The notes: a model not told the origin generated them from the sequence alone. A stretch of DNA of 64,000 nucleotides from Weeksellaceae bacterium (GCA_041676545.1 JBAYRQ010000004.1:39886-103885); one strand, 5' to 3'. Shown: positions 10,942-20,757, counted from the stretch's first letter. Program-made: numbers and translations.

Positions 10942-11319
10942 ATGCGATTAGATAAATTCCTATGGTGTGTTCGCTATTTCAAAACCCGAACCTTGGCAAC
11001 AGAAGCCGTGAAAAAAAATCGAGTGAAAGTAAATGGTATCGTCGCGAAATCGTCGAAAGAACTTATGCCTTCCGATAAAATAACGATTCGAAAAGATCAG
11101 ATCGATTACGAAATTGAAATTCTTCAACTTCCAAAAAGTAGATTGGGCGCTAAATTGGTTTCTCTATATATCATTGATAAAACGCCCAAAGAAGAATTGG
11201 AAAAGTTGGAAATACGCAAACTGAGTCAAGATTATTACCGAGAAAGGGGAGAAGGGCGACCGACTAAAAAAGACCGTCGGGATTTGGAAGGCTTTATGGG
11301 TGGGGAAGAGCCCGAATAA
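10942..11319 (+). CDS. hslR: S4-domain ribosome-associated heat shock protein Hsp15
   Basis: MRLDKFLWCVRYFKTRTLA...GRPTKKDRR; start set to the ATG at 10942. Confidence 0.92.
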   Translation: MRLDKFLWCVRYFKTRTLATEAVKKNRVKVNGIVAKSSKELMPSDKITIRKDQIDYEIEILQLPKSRLGAKLVSLYIIDKTPKEELEKLEIRKLSQDYYRERGEGRPTKKDRRDLEGFMGGEEPE

Positions 11320-11812
11320 TTTCATCGACAATTTCTTCCACCGTTTTATTTTTTAAATCCACTGTAATTTTTGCTTGATCGTAAAAACTTCGGCGATCAA
11401 ATAAGTGTTTTGCGATAAATTCCGGCATATCTTCCGCATTCAAATGAGAAAGTAGCGGACGAAGTTCGGTTTCACTGGATAAACGGTGAACCAATTCTGG
11501 AGGTGACATTCGTAAATAAATTGAGAAGGTTTTTTCATTGATTAATTGAATATTGTCATAATAAGCCGGCGTTCCACCTCCCAAAGCCAAAACAGAATCT
11601 TCTTTTTGGTCTAAAATTTCAACCAAAGCATTTCTTTCTGACTTTCGAAATCGAATTTCACCTTGTGATTTAAAGATTTCCGTGATGGACATCTCATTTT
11701 TCATTTCAATCCATTCATCCAAATCAATGAATTTCACATTCAATCTATCAGCTAATTCCTTTCCGATTGTGGTTTTTCCACTTCCCATATAGCCCAATAC
11801 TGAAATTTTCAT
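11294..11812 (-). CDS. aroK: Shikimate kinase
   Basis: GYMGSGKTT P-loop, DLD, GEIRFR, GGG and RPLL motifs; start at ATG 11812; convergent 26-nt overlap with hslR. Confidence 0.95.
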   Translation of the reverse strand: MKISVLGYMGSGKTTIGKELADRLNVKFIDLDEWIEMKNEMSITEIFKSQGEIRFRKSERNALVEILDQKEDSVLALGGGTPAYYDNIQLINEKTFSIYLRMSPPELVHRLSSETELRPLLSHLNAEDMPEFIAKHLFDRRSFYDQAKITVDLKNKTVEEIVDEIIRALPHP

Positions 11813-11908
11813 AAAAACTTTGTTTCTGCAAATTTGGCAAAAAATTCTTATTATCAATCACTTAAATGAAAGTGCTTGAAAAAAAAACAAAAAAAGTTTC
11901 AAAACCGT

Positions 11909-11938
11909 TTTGTTAATTGAAAAATCTTTCTACATTTG
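11909..11938 (+). promoter_or_regulatory. Bacteroidota housekeeping promoter for tRNA-Lys
   Basis: TTTG (11909-11912), 18-nt spacer, TACATTTG (11931-11938). Confidence 0.65.
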
Positions 11939-11990
11939 CATCCCGTTACAGAAATACTACGAAACACTCGTAGAGCGGAAAAAAGAATAA

Positions 11991-12063
11991 GACCTGGTAG
12001 CTCAGTTGGTAGAGCACAACACTTTTAATGTTGGGGTCCTGGGTTCGAGCCCCAGCCAGGTCA
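11991..12063 (+). tRNA. tRNA-Lys (anticodon TTT)
   Basis: GACCTGG/CCAGGTC acceptor stem, AGCTCAGTTGGTAGAGC D arm, CAACA-CTTTTAA-TGTTG anticodon arm, GGTTCGAGCC T arm; 73 nt; CCA not encoded. Confidence 0.97.
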
Positions 12064-12065
12064 CA

Positions 12066-12096
12066 AAAAGCGAAACACAAAAAGTTTCGCTTTTTT
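12066..12096 (+). terminator. Intrinsic terminator after tRNA-Lys
   Basis: AAAAGCGAAAC / GTTTCGCTTTT stem with a T-tract. Confidence 0.85.
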
Positions 12097-12345
12097 CTTT
12101 TCAATCAACCTTCTCGAATCCCACTCAAATCATAAACTTTAGCCAAAATTTCACTTTTCATTAGGAAGTTTAACTAAAATGCTTACTTTTGCCGCCGTTT
12201 TCAGATTGAAAACACGAATGTAAAAAAAGATTCATTTTGGGTTTTTTAGGCTGCGTGGCCATTGAATTTCATCTTTTACGCATTCGTTCAAATATAACGT
12301 CCGGTGCGAAAGAGATGATAGGTTGCCGGTTAATTAAATAAAAAA

Positions 12346-14214
12346 ATGAGTACATTTAAAGAAATGGGCCTTAATGATGCCCTTGTTCAAGCCGTTCATG
12401 ATTTAGGGTTTGAAAAGCCGAGTCCGGTACAAGAATTAGCCATTCCACAAATTTTAGGATCTGAAGTCGATGTAATCGCTTTGGCTCAAACAGGAACGGG
12501 AAAAACAGCCGCCTTCGGATTGCCTGTTTTGAATCAACTAAGTGTTGATAGCCGTACCATCCAATCCATTATCCTTTGTCCAACCCGTGAACTTTGTTTG
12601 CAGATTGTAAAAGATATGGAAGCATATTCCAAATATTTGCCGAATGTGAAAATTCAAGCCGTTTATGGAGGTGCTGATATTAAAAAGCAAATGGATGGAT
12701 TGAGAAAAAATCCACAAGTTGTTGTAGGTACACCGGGAAGAACGTTGGACTTAATCAAAAGAGGCGTTTTAAAAATCAATAACATCAATTGGTTGGTTTT
12801 GGATGAAGCAGACGAAATGTTGAACATGGGATTCCGTGAAGACATTGACTCGATTTTGGAAGGAACACCGGTTGAAAAACAAACTTTGTTGTTCTCTGCA
12901 ACTATGCCCGCAGAAGTACGTCGTATTGCAGCTGAATACATGAATAAACCGGTTGAAATCAAAACCGGTAAATCCAATGAAACAGCGTTGAATGTTGAGC
13001 ATCAATATTACATGGTTCGTGCAAGCGACCGTTACCAAGTTTTAAAACGAATTGCCGACATCAATCCCGATATTTACGGAATTGTATTTTGTCGTACACG
13101 AAGAGAAACCAAAGAGATTGCAGATTCATTGATTCAAGATGGATACAATGCAGACGCGATTCACGGAGATTTGTCACAAGCACAACGTGATAGTGTGATG
13201 GATAAATTCAGACGTAAACAACTTCAAATATTGGTGGCTACCGACGTTGCTGCACGTGGAATTGATGTAAATGAATTGACACACGTAATTAACTTTAATT
13301 TACCTGATGATCCAGAAATCTATGTACACCGTAGTGGACGTACAGGTAGAGCAGGAAACAAAGGGATATCTATCATCATCGCACATTCACGTGAAGGAAG
13401 AAGAATCAAGGATTTGGAAAGATTGATCAATAAAAAAATTGAACAACAAACCGTTCCAAGTGGAAAAGAAATCGTTGAAAAACGATTGTATGCTTCGATT
13501 GATAAAATCGAAAAATTAGAAGTGGACGAAGCTCAAATCAATCCCTACATGGAAACGATTTCTAAGAAACTGGAATGGATGGACCGTGATGAATTGTTGA
13601 GACGTTTTGTATCTATGGAGTTTAGTACGTATTTAGAATACTACAAAGGCGCCAAAGATTTGAATGTATCTGATTCAGGGGGAGGACGCGATCGAGTTCG
13701 TGGAGACCGCGGAGAAAGAGACAACCGCAGAGGTACAAGTCGTGGATTTACACGTTTCTTTATTGGAATGGGTGAGAAGCAAAAATTGAAAGCTCCAAAT
13801 TTAATTGGGTTAATCAATGACACAACCGATAGCAACAACATTAAAATCGGAGAAATTGAAATTCTAAGAAACTTTTCTTTCTTTGAAGCGGATAGCGAAT
13901 ATGAACAAGTGATTCTGAAAGCATTTGCGGATAAAGATGTAGATGTTCAAGTTTCGAATCCTGTTGAAAAAAAGGATAGAAGTTCCGATCGTTCCGGTGG
14001 AAGAGAGGACCGACCAAGAGGTAGAAGCGGCGGAAGCCGAAGTGGAGGAGGTTACTCCAAATCCGGTGGTGGTTCCGAACGCAGAAGTGGCGGCGGAGGT
14101 GGATATTCTAAATCCGGTGGTGGTTCAGACCGCAGAAGTGGAGGTGGAGGTTCAAGCTCTGGTTCAAGTTTCGGTGGTGCTCGTAAAGGAAAACCAAGAT
14201 CAGGAGGTAGATAA
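12346..14214 (+). CDS. deaD: DEAD-box RNA helicase (DeaD/CsdA-like) with DbpA RNA-binding domain and Gly/Arg/Ser-rich tail
   Basis: Q motif, AQTGTGKT, PTREL, DEAD, SAT and HRSGRTGRAG motifs; TACTTTTG -7 element at 12184-12191. Confidence 0.93.
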   Translation: MSTFKEMGLNDALVQAVHDLGFEKPSPVQELAIPQILGSEVDVIALAQTGTGKTAAFGLPVLNQLSVDSRTIQSIILCPTRELCLQIVKDMEAYSKYLPNVKIQAVYGGADIKKQMDGLRKNPQVVVGTPGRTLDLIKRGVLKINNINWLVLDEADEMLNMGFREDIDSILEGTPVEKQTLLFSATMPAEVRRIAAEYMNKPVEIKTGKSNETALNVEHQYYMVRASDRYQVLKRIADINPDIYGIVFCRTRRETKEIADSLIQDGYNADAIHGDLSQAQRDSVMDKFRRKQLQILVATDVAARGIDVNELTHVINFNLPDDPEIYVHRSGRTGRAGNKGISIIIAHSREGRRIKDLERLINKKIEQQTVPSGKEIVEKRLYASIDKIEKLEVDEAQINPYMETISKKLEWMDRDELLRRFVSMEFSTYLEYYKGAKDLNVSDSGGGRDRVRGDRGERDNRRGTSRGFTRFFIGMGEKQKLKAPNLIGLINDTTDSNNIKIGEIEILRNFSFFEADSEYEQVILKAFADKDVDVQVSNPVEKKDRSSDRSGGREDRPRGRSGGSRSGGGYSKSGGGSERRSGGGGGYSKSGGGSDRRSGGGGSSSGSSFGGARKGKPRSGGR

Positions 14215-14253
14215 AATCAACTATAAACGTGGGAAACCATGTTTTAAAATAAG

Positions 14254-14283
14254 AAAAGGCTCGGATGAAAATCGGAGCCTTTT
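14254..14283. terminator. Probable bidirectional terminator between deaD and the exonuclease gene
   Basis: AAAAGGCTC / GAGCCTTTT stem between convergent genes. Confidence 0.8.
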
Positions 14284-14306
14284 CTGTTTAATTTATTTAG
14301 TACGTT

Positions 14307-15743
14307 TTATCGTTGGATGAAAGAAGAAATAGATTGTAATTTTCCTTTTTCTATTTTTACTTGTTTTTCAGGATATTTCTCGGCAAAGGTTTCTACCAAA
14401 TGCATCATGTAATGATTGGCTTTGTGCGGTGTCAAATTTTCTTTGATTTCTTCCAAGGAATTTAAATCCGAATTCCGGTCGATGTAACCCATTCCATAGA
14501 ATTCACCTTTCTCAATCCAAATACAGCTCAACTCTTGATTTGTGCGTCCTTTGTCAAGAATGGCATAGGTTTGCCGTTCCGAATGTAAATCTTCTCGTAT
14601 CTGTTCTATTTTTTGATTGTGTATTTCCACGTCCGGAAGTTCTTTGGTATGAAGAGCGGGATTGGATGCCACATCAAACGAATCTGCTTGTTGACCGAAG
14701 TTGCACAAACGAATGTCTACGTCGTGATTTTCGATCGATTTAAGTAAATCATTCACCGCATCCCATTCGCGATAGTATTTCTGAAGTGCTAATTGATTGG
14801 GTCTTACTTTTCCAGCGACCAATCTTTTGTAGCCGTTTATATCCGTGTATGTATAAATAGCGAAACTTGCTTCGTACTTTTTCAAAGCCCGATTAAATGG
14901 CGGCCAATAGTGTTTGATTTCACTGCATTCATACAAAAGACAAATCAATTCCGTCGCACAAATTTCAAAAGAAATACTGTAAATGGATTGCAAGAAACTT
15001 TGTCTTCGCGCACCTGCATTGTGACCCGTAAAATGAGAGAATACACGCTTTTTAAGATTGACCGCTTTTCCGATGTACAATATATTTCCCGCTTGGTCAT
15101 GGAAATAATATACGCCGGATTGTTCGGGGATTTTTTCGAATTCTTCTTTTGGAAGGTTGGCAGGAAGTTGCTGTTCTTTGGAATCTTTTTTCAGCATTCG
15201 GGGGATTAATTCTTGATCGTCCCATTCCAAAAGTTTGGAGAATAAAATGGTGGTTGCCGTTGCATCACCCATTGCGCGGTGGCGATTCTCTATCGGAATT
15301 CCCAATCGTTCACAAAGAACCCCTAAACTATACGAAGGAAATCCCGGTTTCAATTTACGACTGAGCCGAACCGTACATAGTTTTTTTGTCGTAAAAGGAT
15401 AACCGGTTGCTTCGAGTTGATTTTTGAGAAAAGAATAATCAAAATTTACATTGTGCGCTACAAATATTTTGTTTTTAAGTAAAGAATGAATTTTATGGGC
15501 AACTTCTTCGAAATAAGGTGCATGGGCAACGGTTTCACTGTCAATTCCTGTCAGCATCGTAATCGAATACGGAATGCTTCTTCCGGGATTGATGAGTGTC
15601 TCGTATCGATCAATGACTTTTTCACCGTCATGAATCAAAATGGCAACTTCTGTAATCCTTCCGTTGTGCGCACTTCCACCGGTCGTTTCTATATCGACAA
15701 TGGCATATCCTACTGAATTTGATTTATTCTTCATTTTATTCAC
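14307..15743 (-). CDS. DEDDh 3'-5' exonuclease (Pol III epsilon-like) fused to a GIY-YIG (UvrC N-terminal-like) domain
   Basis: AIVDIETTG, VAHNVNFD and HRAMGDA exonuclease motifs; GVYYFHD...LYIGKAVNLKKRV GIY-YIG motif. True start may be 15734. Confidence 0.9.
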   Translation of the reverse strand: MNKMKNKSNSVGYAIVDIETTGGSAHNGRITEVAILIHDGEKVIDRYETLINPGRSIPYSITMLTGIDSETVAHAPYFEEVAHKIHSLLKNKIFVAHNVNFDYSFLKNQLEATGYPFTTKKLCTVRLSRKLKPGFPSYSLGVLCERLGIPIENRHRAMGDATATTILFSKLLEWDDQELIPRMLKKDSKEQQLPANLPKEEFEKIPEQSGVYYFHDQAGNILYIGKAVNLKKRVFSHFTGHNAGARRQSFLQSIYSISFEICATELICLLYECSEIKHYWPPFNRALKKYEASFAIYTYTDINGYKRLVAGKVRPNQLALQKYYREWDAVNDLLKSIENHDVDIRLCNFGQQADSFDVASNPALHTKELPDVEIHNQKIEQIREDLHSERQTYAILDKGRTNQELSCIWIEKGEFYGMGYIDRNSDLNSLEEIKENLTPHKANHYMMHLVETFAEKYPEKQVKIEKGKLQSISSFIQR

Positions 15744-18672
15744 TTCTTGGGTCTTGTTTTAAACTCAATTTCGCACATCGACTGACTTCCAAAGTGGGAC
15801 AGCCGAAATCAATCACTACTTTTCCTTCCAACAAAAAAAGTCCTGCACCTCTGAGTGGATATTTTTTCAAGGAATTGGGAAAGTGTAAACTATCAAAAAA
15901 CTCTCCATTTGAATCATAAAAAGTTCCAAATTTCATCAATTGGTTATTTTTGGTTCGTACTCTTTTATCGGTCACAAAATCGCCGACCATTCGTACGGTT
16001 TTTCCTTCGAACTTAGGCATATCCATAGCTTGTACTTGTCCGCGGTAATTGGAATTCGCCAATTCAAAAAAAGAAGCCGATACGGGAAATCCCAACAATT
16101 CCATTTCATCATACAAATCTTCCAAAACCGAAGTTTCTAAAGGCGGAAGTACCGCTTTTCGCGATGCCACTTCCAACAAAGGAATTCCTTGATTTCGTTC
16201 GGACGTTTTACTCAATAGTAAATGCGCTTCCCACAACAATTCTTTTTTGTTCATTTTTAGAAACCGAAAAGCACCGCAACGAATCAATAAAACAATTTGC
16301 TCCAAACCCGCTCCGGTTCGGAAAATGAAGTTTTCCAAACTTGTATATTCTCCATTTGTTTCGCGTTCTTCTACAATTTGAACCCCCAAATTTTGTTCCA
16401 TGCTGAGAATTCCATCAAACCCCAAATAAATTTTATCTCCATAAATCGTTGTTTGATAAAGACTTTTATTGACACACGGAAGACAAATTGTAGCTCCCGC
16501 TTTTCGGGCTTCGTTCACATATACTTTGCGACTGTAAAATCCACCGTAATTATTCAGAACTGCAACCATAAATTCTTTGGGGAAATACGCTTTTAGATAC
16601 AAACTTTGGTAACTTTCTACCGCAAAACTCGCGCTGTGTGCTTTGTTGAATGAATAGCCAGCGAAACTTTCCATTTGTCGCCAAATTTCTTGGGACGTTT
16701 TTTCTGGATAACTCATCAATCGACAATGGTTGAAGAATTTATCCCGAATTTCATCCAAATGATGCGCGCCTCGGTATTTTCCACTCATCATCCGTCGAAG
16801 TACATCCGCATCCGCCAAATCCAATCCGCCGTAATGATGGCCAATTTTCATTACATCTTCTTGATAAACCATCACGCCATAGGTTTCTTTCAGTTGTTCT
16901 TCAAAAACAGGATGTGGATACACTACTTTTTCAGGATTATGATGACGTTCAATGAAAGCCTTCATCATACCCGACGAAGCAACGCCCGGACGAATGATGG
17001 AACTCGCCGCAACCAAAGTGAGATAATCATCGCAATCCAATTTGGTTATCAACTGCCGCATCGCTGGACTTTCCACATAAAAACAACCAATCGTATTTCC
17101 GGATTTGAGTTGTTCCGCAATTTTGGGATCTTTCAGAAGTCGACGTGGATTCTGTGTGCTAATTGTTTTTCCTGTATTCTTTTTGATAATTTCTCTACTG
17201 TCTTTGATGTGTCCAATTCCGCGTTGACTCAAAATGTCAAACTTCTCAAAACCAACCTCTTCCGCTGTGTACATATCAAATTGAGCCGTCGGTAATCCTT
17301 TGGGTGGATAATCCAAGGCGGAATAATAACTCAGTGGCAATTCAGAAATCAATACACCGCTGGAATGAATGGTTCGTTGATTGGGAAAATCAGCCATTTG
17401 GTTGTACACACTTAAAATCAATTGAGTGACTTCATTTTTATTGAGCATGTCTTCGGGATAATGAATCAATCGATCGATTTCGGGTTTGGGCAAACCGTAG
17501 ATTTTTCCTAATTCCCGAAGAATACTTCGGGATTTAAACGTGCTCATTGCGCCCATCAAAGCCGTGTGTTTCGAACCGTAGCGCGTGAAAATATAATCAT
17601 AGACTTCATCTCTTTCTTTCCACGAGAAATCAACATCGAAATCCGGTGGAGATTGTCGTTTGGGATTTAAAAAACGTTCAAAATACAGATTGAGCTCAAT
17701 GGGGCACACATCGGTTATACCTAAACAATAGGCAACCACACTGTTGGCGCCACTTCCTCGTCCTACATATTCAAAATCCCGATTGCGAGCATATCTGCAA
17801 ATATCATCCGTGATTAAAAAATAACTCGAGAAATTCAAATTATCGATGATTTCCAATTCTTTGTCCACCCGTTCTTTGGCAATTGCATCTTTGGGTTTGT
17901 AGCGATGTGCAAATCCATCCATCGCATATTTATGCAATAGTCGTTTGTCGTCGTATCGATTTCCGGTAAATGTCTGTTTGTTTTTAATGGTGGTAAAGTC
18001 AAAATCAAAACTACATTCGGAAAGGAGTCGATGGGTATTGGTGATTAATTCGGGGAAGTTTTTGTACACTTCCATCAACCTTCCGCGCGGAACGAATTGT
18101 TCTTCCCATCGACCGATTTGATGCGGTTCCAATTGAGAAATTAAAATATTGTGGTCAATGGCTCGAAGTTGAGTATGCAGCGTATGACTTTTTTTGGTGA
18201 AAGAAATTGGCGAAAGAATCACGTACTTTTTCCGATTTTCATTCGGTTCCAATTGTACTTTATTTAATTCTGTAGGTCGAATTCCAATGAATTCATTTTC
18301 TTTTAACTCTTTTATTTTCTGAACGCCGTACGGATAAATTACAAAGGAGTTGAAGAATTCAGGGGCTTCTTTGGGTAATTCTCGTTTGTGCTGGTTGTGA
18401 AGTGTCATCCACTCATTCAGTTCTCTGAAACCTTCGTTGTTACGTGCGATTCCAATGTAGAGTAATTCATCTTTATTTCGGAATTCCATTCCTGCCAACG
18501 GATTTAATCCTGCTTTTCTGCCCAAACGAATGAAGTCCAAAACGCCGGAACTGTTGTTGATATCCGTCAAAACCGCCGTGTCATACCCATTTTTGAGCAT
18601 ACCTTCTATCAGCGCTTCCAAACTGAAAGTGCCGTAACGTAAACTGTAGTATGAATGGGTGTTTAGTATCAT
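15736..18672 (-). CDS. dnaE2: DNA polymerase III alpha subunit, short non-replicative (DnaE2-like) type
   Basis: PHP N-terminus (THSYYS, LTDIN), GRGSGANS, ERFLNP..PPDFDVDF and GYSFNKAHS motifs, OB-fold C-terminus; 978 aa; directly downstream of dinB. Confidence 0.88.
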   Translation of the reverse strand: MILNTHSYYSLRYGTFSLEALIEGMLKNGYDTAVLTDINNSSGVLDFIRLGRKAGLNPLAGMEFRNKDELLYIGIARNNEGFRELNEWMTLHNQHKRELPKEAPEFFNSFVIYPYGVQKIKELKENEFIGIRPTELNKVQLEPNENRKKYVILSPISFTKKSHTLHTQLRAIDHNILISQLEPHQIGRWEEQFVPRGRLMEVYKNFPELITNTHRLLSECSFDFDFTTIKNKQTFTGNRYDDKRLLHKYAMDGFAHRYKPKDAIAKERVDKELEIIDNLNFSSYFLITDDICRYARNRDFEYVGRGSGANSVVAYCLGITDVCPIELNLYFERFLNPKRQSPPDFDVDFSWKERDEVYDYIFTRYGSKHTALMGAMSTFKSRSILRELGKIYGLPKPEIDRLIHYPEDMLNKNEVTQLILSVYNQMADFPNQRTIHSSGVLISELPLSYYSALDYPPKGLPTAQFDMYTAEEVGFEKFDILSQRGIGHIKDSREIIKKNTGKTISTQNPRRLLKDPKIAEQLKSGNTIGCFYVESPAMRQLITKLDCDDYLTLVAASSIIRPGVASSGMMKAFIERHHNPEKVVYPHPVFEEQLKETYGVMVYQEDVMKIGHHYGGLDLADADVLRRMMSGKYRGAHHLDEIRDKFFNHCRLMSYPEKTSQEIWRQMESFAGYSFNKAHSASFAVESYQSLYLKAYFPKEFMVAVLNNYGGFYSRKVYVNEARKAGATICLPCVNKSLYQTTIYGDKIYLGFDGILSMEQNLGVQIVEERETNGEYTSLENFIFRTGAGLEQIVLLIRCGAFRFLKMNKKELLWEAHLLLSKTSERNQGIPLLEVASRKAVLPPLETSVLEDLYDEMELLGFPVSASFFELANSNYRGQVQAMDMPKFEGKTVRMVGDFVTDKRVRTKNNQLMKFGTFYDSNGEFFDSLHFPNSLKKYPLRGAGLFLLEGKVVIDFGCPTLEVSRCAKLSLKQDPRSE

Positions 18673-18717
18673 TTTGGTATCAGGTATTTGGTATCAGGTA
18701 TCAAGTATTTGGTGTGG
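18665..18717. repeat. Degenerate 7-bp tandem repeat between dinB and dnaE2
   Basis: GGTATCA GGTATTT GGTATCA GGTATCA AGTATTT GGTGTGG (18676-18717) plus AGTATCA at 18665. Confidence 0.8.
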
Positions 18718-18719
18718 GA

Positions 18720-19862
18720 TTATAAGAACCAATCTCCTTTGGCTAAAGCATGAAATCCATACCTCAATCGTATTTCGTCCATGGCTTGATTAAGTCGAAG
18801 GTCTTTGATGTGGTCGTCAAACAAACTGGTTTGGTAATTTCCACTGATTAAATGACTGAATTTAATTCCAATGAGTCGAATCAACATCCGTCGGCTATAG
18901 AGTTTCTCAAACAATTCATTGATTTTTTCTGTAATCACTTTATCCGAATTGGTGTACGGGATCCGCGCTTGTTTGGTGTGTGTATCAAAATTACTGTATC
19001 TGATTTTTAGACTGATGCATCCGGTCAGTTTTTGGTCTTTTCGCAATTCAAAAGCCAATTCACTCACCATTTTTGCGACGGTTCTTTTCAGTAAAACGCT
19101 GTCGATGGTGTCGATTTGATAAGTATGTTCCTTGCTCATACTTTTTTGCTCGTGGAACGAAACCACCGGACTATCGTCTAAACCGTTTGCTTTTTTCCAA
19201 ATGCTCACTCCATTTTCGCCCAAAACTTGACGAAGTGTAAAAGCTTCCATTTGTTGCAAAGTCAAGCATTTTGAAATTCCCATATTCCGAAGTTGGGTAT
19301 AGGTTTTGTCGCCAACCATCGGTATTTTTCGGATCGACAAAGGAGCCAAAAACAGTTTTTCTGTTCCGTAATCCACTTTCAATTCACCACTGGGTTTGGC
19401 TTGTCCTGTTGCGATTTTAGACGTCGTTTTATTGACCGACATTCCAAAGGAAATGGGGAGCCCCGTTTCGGTGATGATTCGTCTTCGGAGCTCCGTTGCC
19501 CATTTCCAGCAACCAAAAAATTTATCCATTCCTGTTAAATCAAAATAATGTTCATCGATACTTGCTTTTTCGACCAAGGGAACATTCTCGCCGATGATTT
19601 CAGAAACCATGTTGGAATATTTGGAATACAAATCAAAATCACCTTGTACCACAGTCGCTTCGGGACATAACCGGAGTGCCATCTTCATGGGCATGGCGGA
19701 ATGAATACCAAACTTCCGTGCTTCGTAACTGCACGAAGCCACAACGGCGCGATTGCTTTTTCCGCCCACCAAAACCGGACGGTTATTCAATTCGCTGTTT
19801 AGCAATCTTTCTACACTCACAAAAAACGAGTCCAAATCACAATGTACAATGTTCCTTTCCAT
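18720..19862 (-). CDS. dinB: DNA polymerase IV (Y family)
   Basis: HCDLDSFFVSVE, SCSYEARKFGIHSAMP and SIDE catalytic motifs intact. Confidence 0.95.
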   Translation of the reverse strand: MERNIVHCDLDSFFVSVERLLNSELNNRPVLVGGKSNRAVVASCSYEARKFGIHSAMPMKMALRLCPEATVVQGDFDLYSKYSNMVSEIIGENVPLVEKASIDEHYFDLTGMDKFFGCWKWATELRRRIITETGLPISFGMSVNKTTSKIATGQAKPSGELKVDYGTEKLFLAPLSIRKIPMVGDKTYTQLRNMGISKCLTLQQMEAFTLRQVLGENGVSIWKKANGLDDSPVVSFHEQKSMSKEHTYQIDTIDSVLLKRTVAKMVSELAFELRKDQKLTGCISLKIRYSNFDTHTKQARIPYTNSDKVITEKINELFEKLYSRRMLIRLIGIKFSHLISGNYQTSLFDDHIKDLRLNQAMDEIRLRYGFHALAKGDWFL

Positions 19863-19883
19863 TATTTAAAAATTAGTTCTATC

Positions 19884-19904
19884 TTTGACTCTAATTTAGT
19901 CAAA
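19884..19904. promoter_or_regulatory. Candidate operator TTTGACT-N7-AGTCAAA
   Basis: Perfect 7-bp inverted repeat in the 70-bp divergent intergenic region between dinB and the HTH-S24 repressor gene. Confidence 0.6.
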
Positions 19905-19932
19905 TTAACGACTCCAATTTACACAATTATAA

Positions 19933-20757
19933 ATGACAACACCAAGTATTTTTTTAGGATCCAATGTTAAATTTTTGAGAACCCGTCAGAAATTAACCCA
20001 AGAAAATTTAGCCAAAGAATTGGCCATGACCCGTTCAAAGTTGAACTGCATTGAGATAGGTCAAACGAAATCTCCTTCTATCGAAGATATGTTGAAATTC
20101 TCATCATACTTTAAATTGAGTATTGATACGTTTATAAAAATTGATTTGTCCAAAGTGGGCGAATTGAAACTTCGGGATTTGGAAGCGGGAAATGATGTGT
20201 ATATAAAAGGAGGAAATCTTCGGGTATTAGCAATTACGGTGGATAAACGAAACAACGAAAATGTGGAATATGTGCCCATAAAAGCCAAGGCAGGATATCA
20301 ATCCGGCTACAACGATCCGGAATTTATTGCTTCGTTGCCTCGATTTTCTTTGCCCAATTTACCCAAAGAAGGCAGTTTCCGAATTTTTCCAACCGTCGGA
20401 GATTCCATGTTGCCCATTCCCGAAGGAAGTGAAGTAGTGGGACAGTATGTCGAAGATTGGCAGTCGTTGAAGCCGGAAACACCTTGTATAGTGATTTTAA
20501 AAAGTCAACAAGATTTCGTGTTTAAATTGATCAGTCTTCAAGAAGATCGTACGTTCTTATTGAAGTCGTTGAACCCAACCTATCAGCCGTATGAAGTGGA
20601 GGTGGAGAATGTATTGGAAATTTGGAAATTCCATTCGTTTTTTAGCAAAGAAATTCCCGATTCAACTCTGGATTTCCCGCAATTACTGAAAGATGTAAAG
20701 AGTTTGGAAGAGAAAATAAATAAGGCAATAAATGGGAATGCAAAAACGGCGGGTTAA
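19933..20757 (+). CDS. XRE-HTH plus S24 peptidase (LexA/CI-like) repressor
   Basis: HTH (LTQENLAKELAMTRSKLNCIEIG), Ala-Gly cleavage site (KAKAG), GDSM catalytic Ser and FVFK Lys. Confidence 0.9.
   Translation: MTTPSIFLGSNVKFLRTRQKLTQENLAKELAMTRSKLNCIEIGQTKSPSIEDMLKFSSYFKLSIDTFIKIDLSKVGELKLRDLEAGNDVYIKGGNLRVLAITVDKRNNENVEYVPIKAKAGYQSGYNDPEFIASLPRFSLPNLPKEGSFRIFPTVGDSMLPIPEGSEVVGQYVEDWQSLKPETPCIVILKSQQDFVFKLISLQEDRTFLLKSLNPTYQPYEVEVENVLEIWKFHSFFSKEIPDSTLDFPQLLKDVKSLEEKINKAINGNAKTAG

Noticed and set aside
11991-12063. tRNA-Lys as an island integration site
   Set aside because: No duplicate of its 3' end was seen by eye, there is no integrase, and the flanks are housekeeping genes.
12195-12345. 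About 150-nt helicase 5' leader as a riboswitch
   Set aside because: Long leaders are common for cold-induced helicases, and no recognisable aptamer was seen.
13943-14320. 125-aa alternative-frame ORF over the helicase tail
   Set aside because: By-product of the GGN-rich low-complexity repeat.
16675-17295. 206-aa plus-strand ORF inside dnaE2
   Set aside because: Antisense shadow with no recognisable domain.
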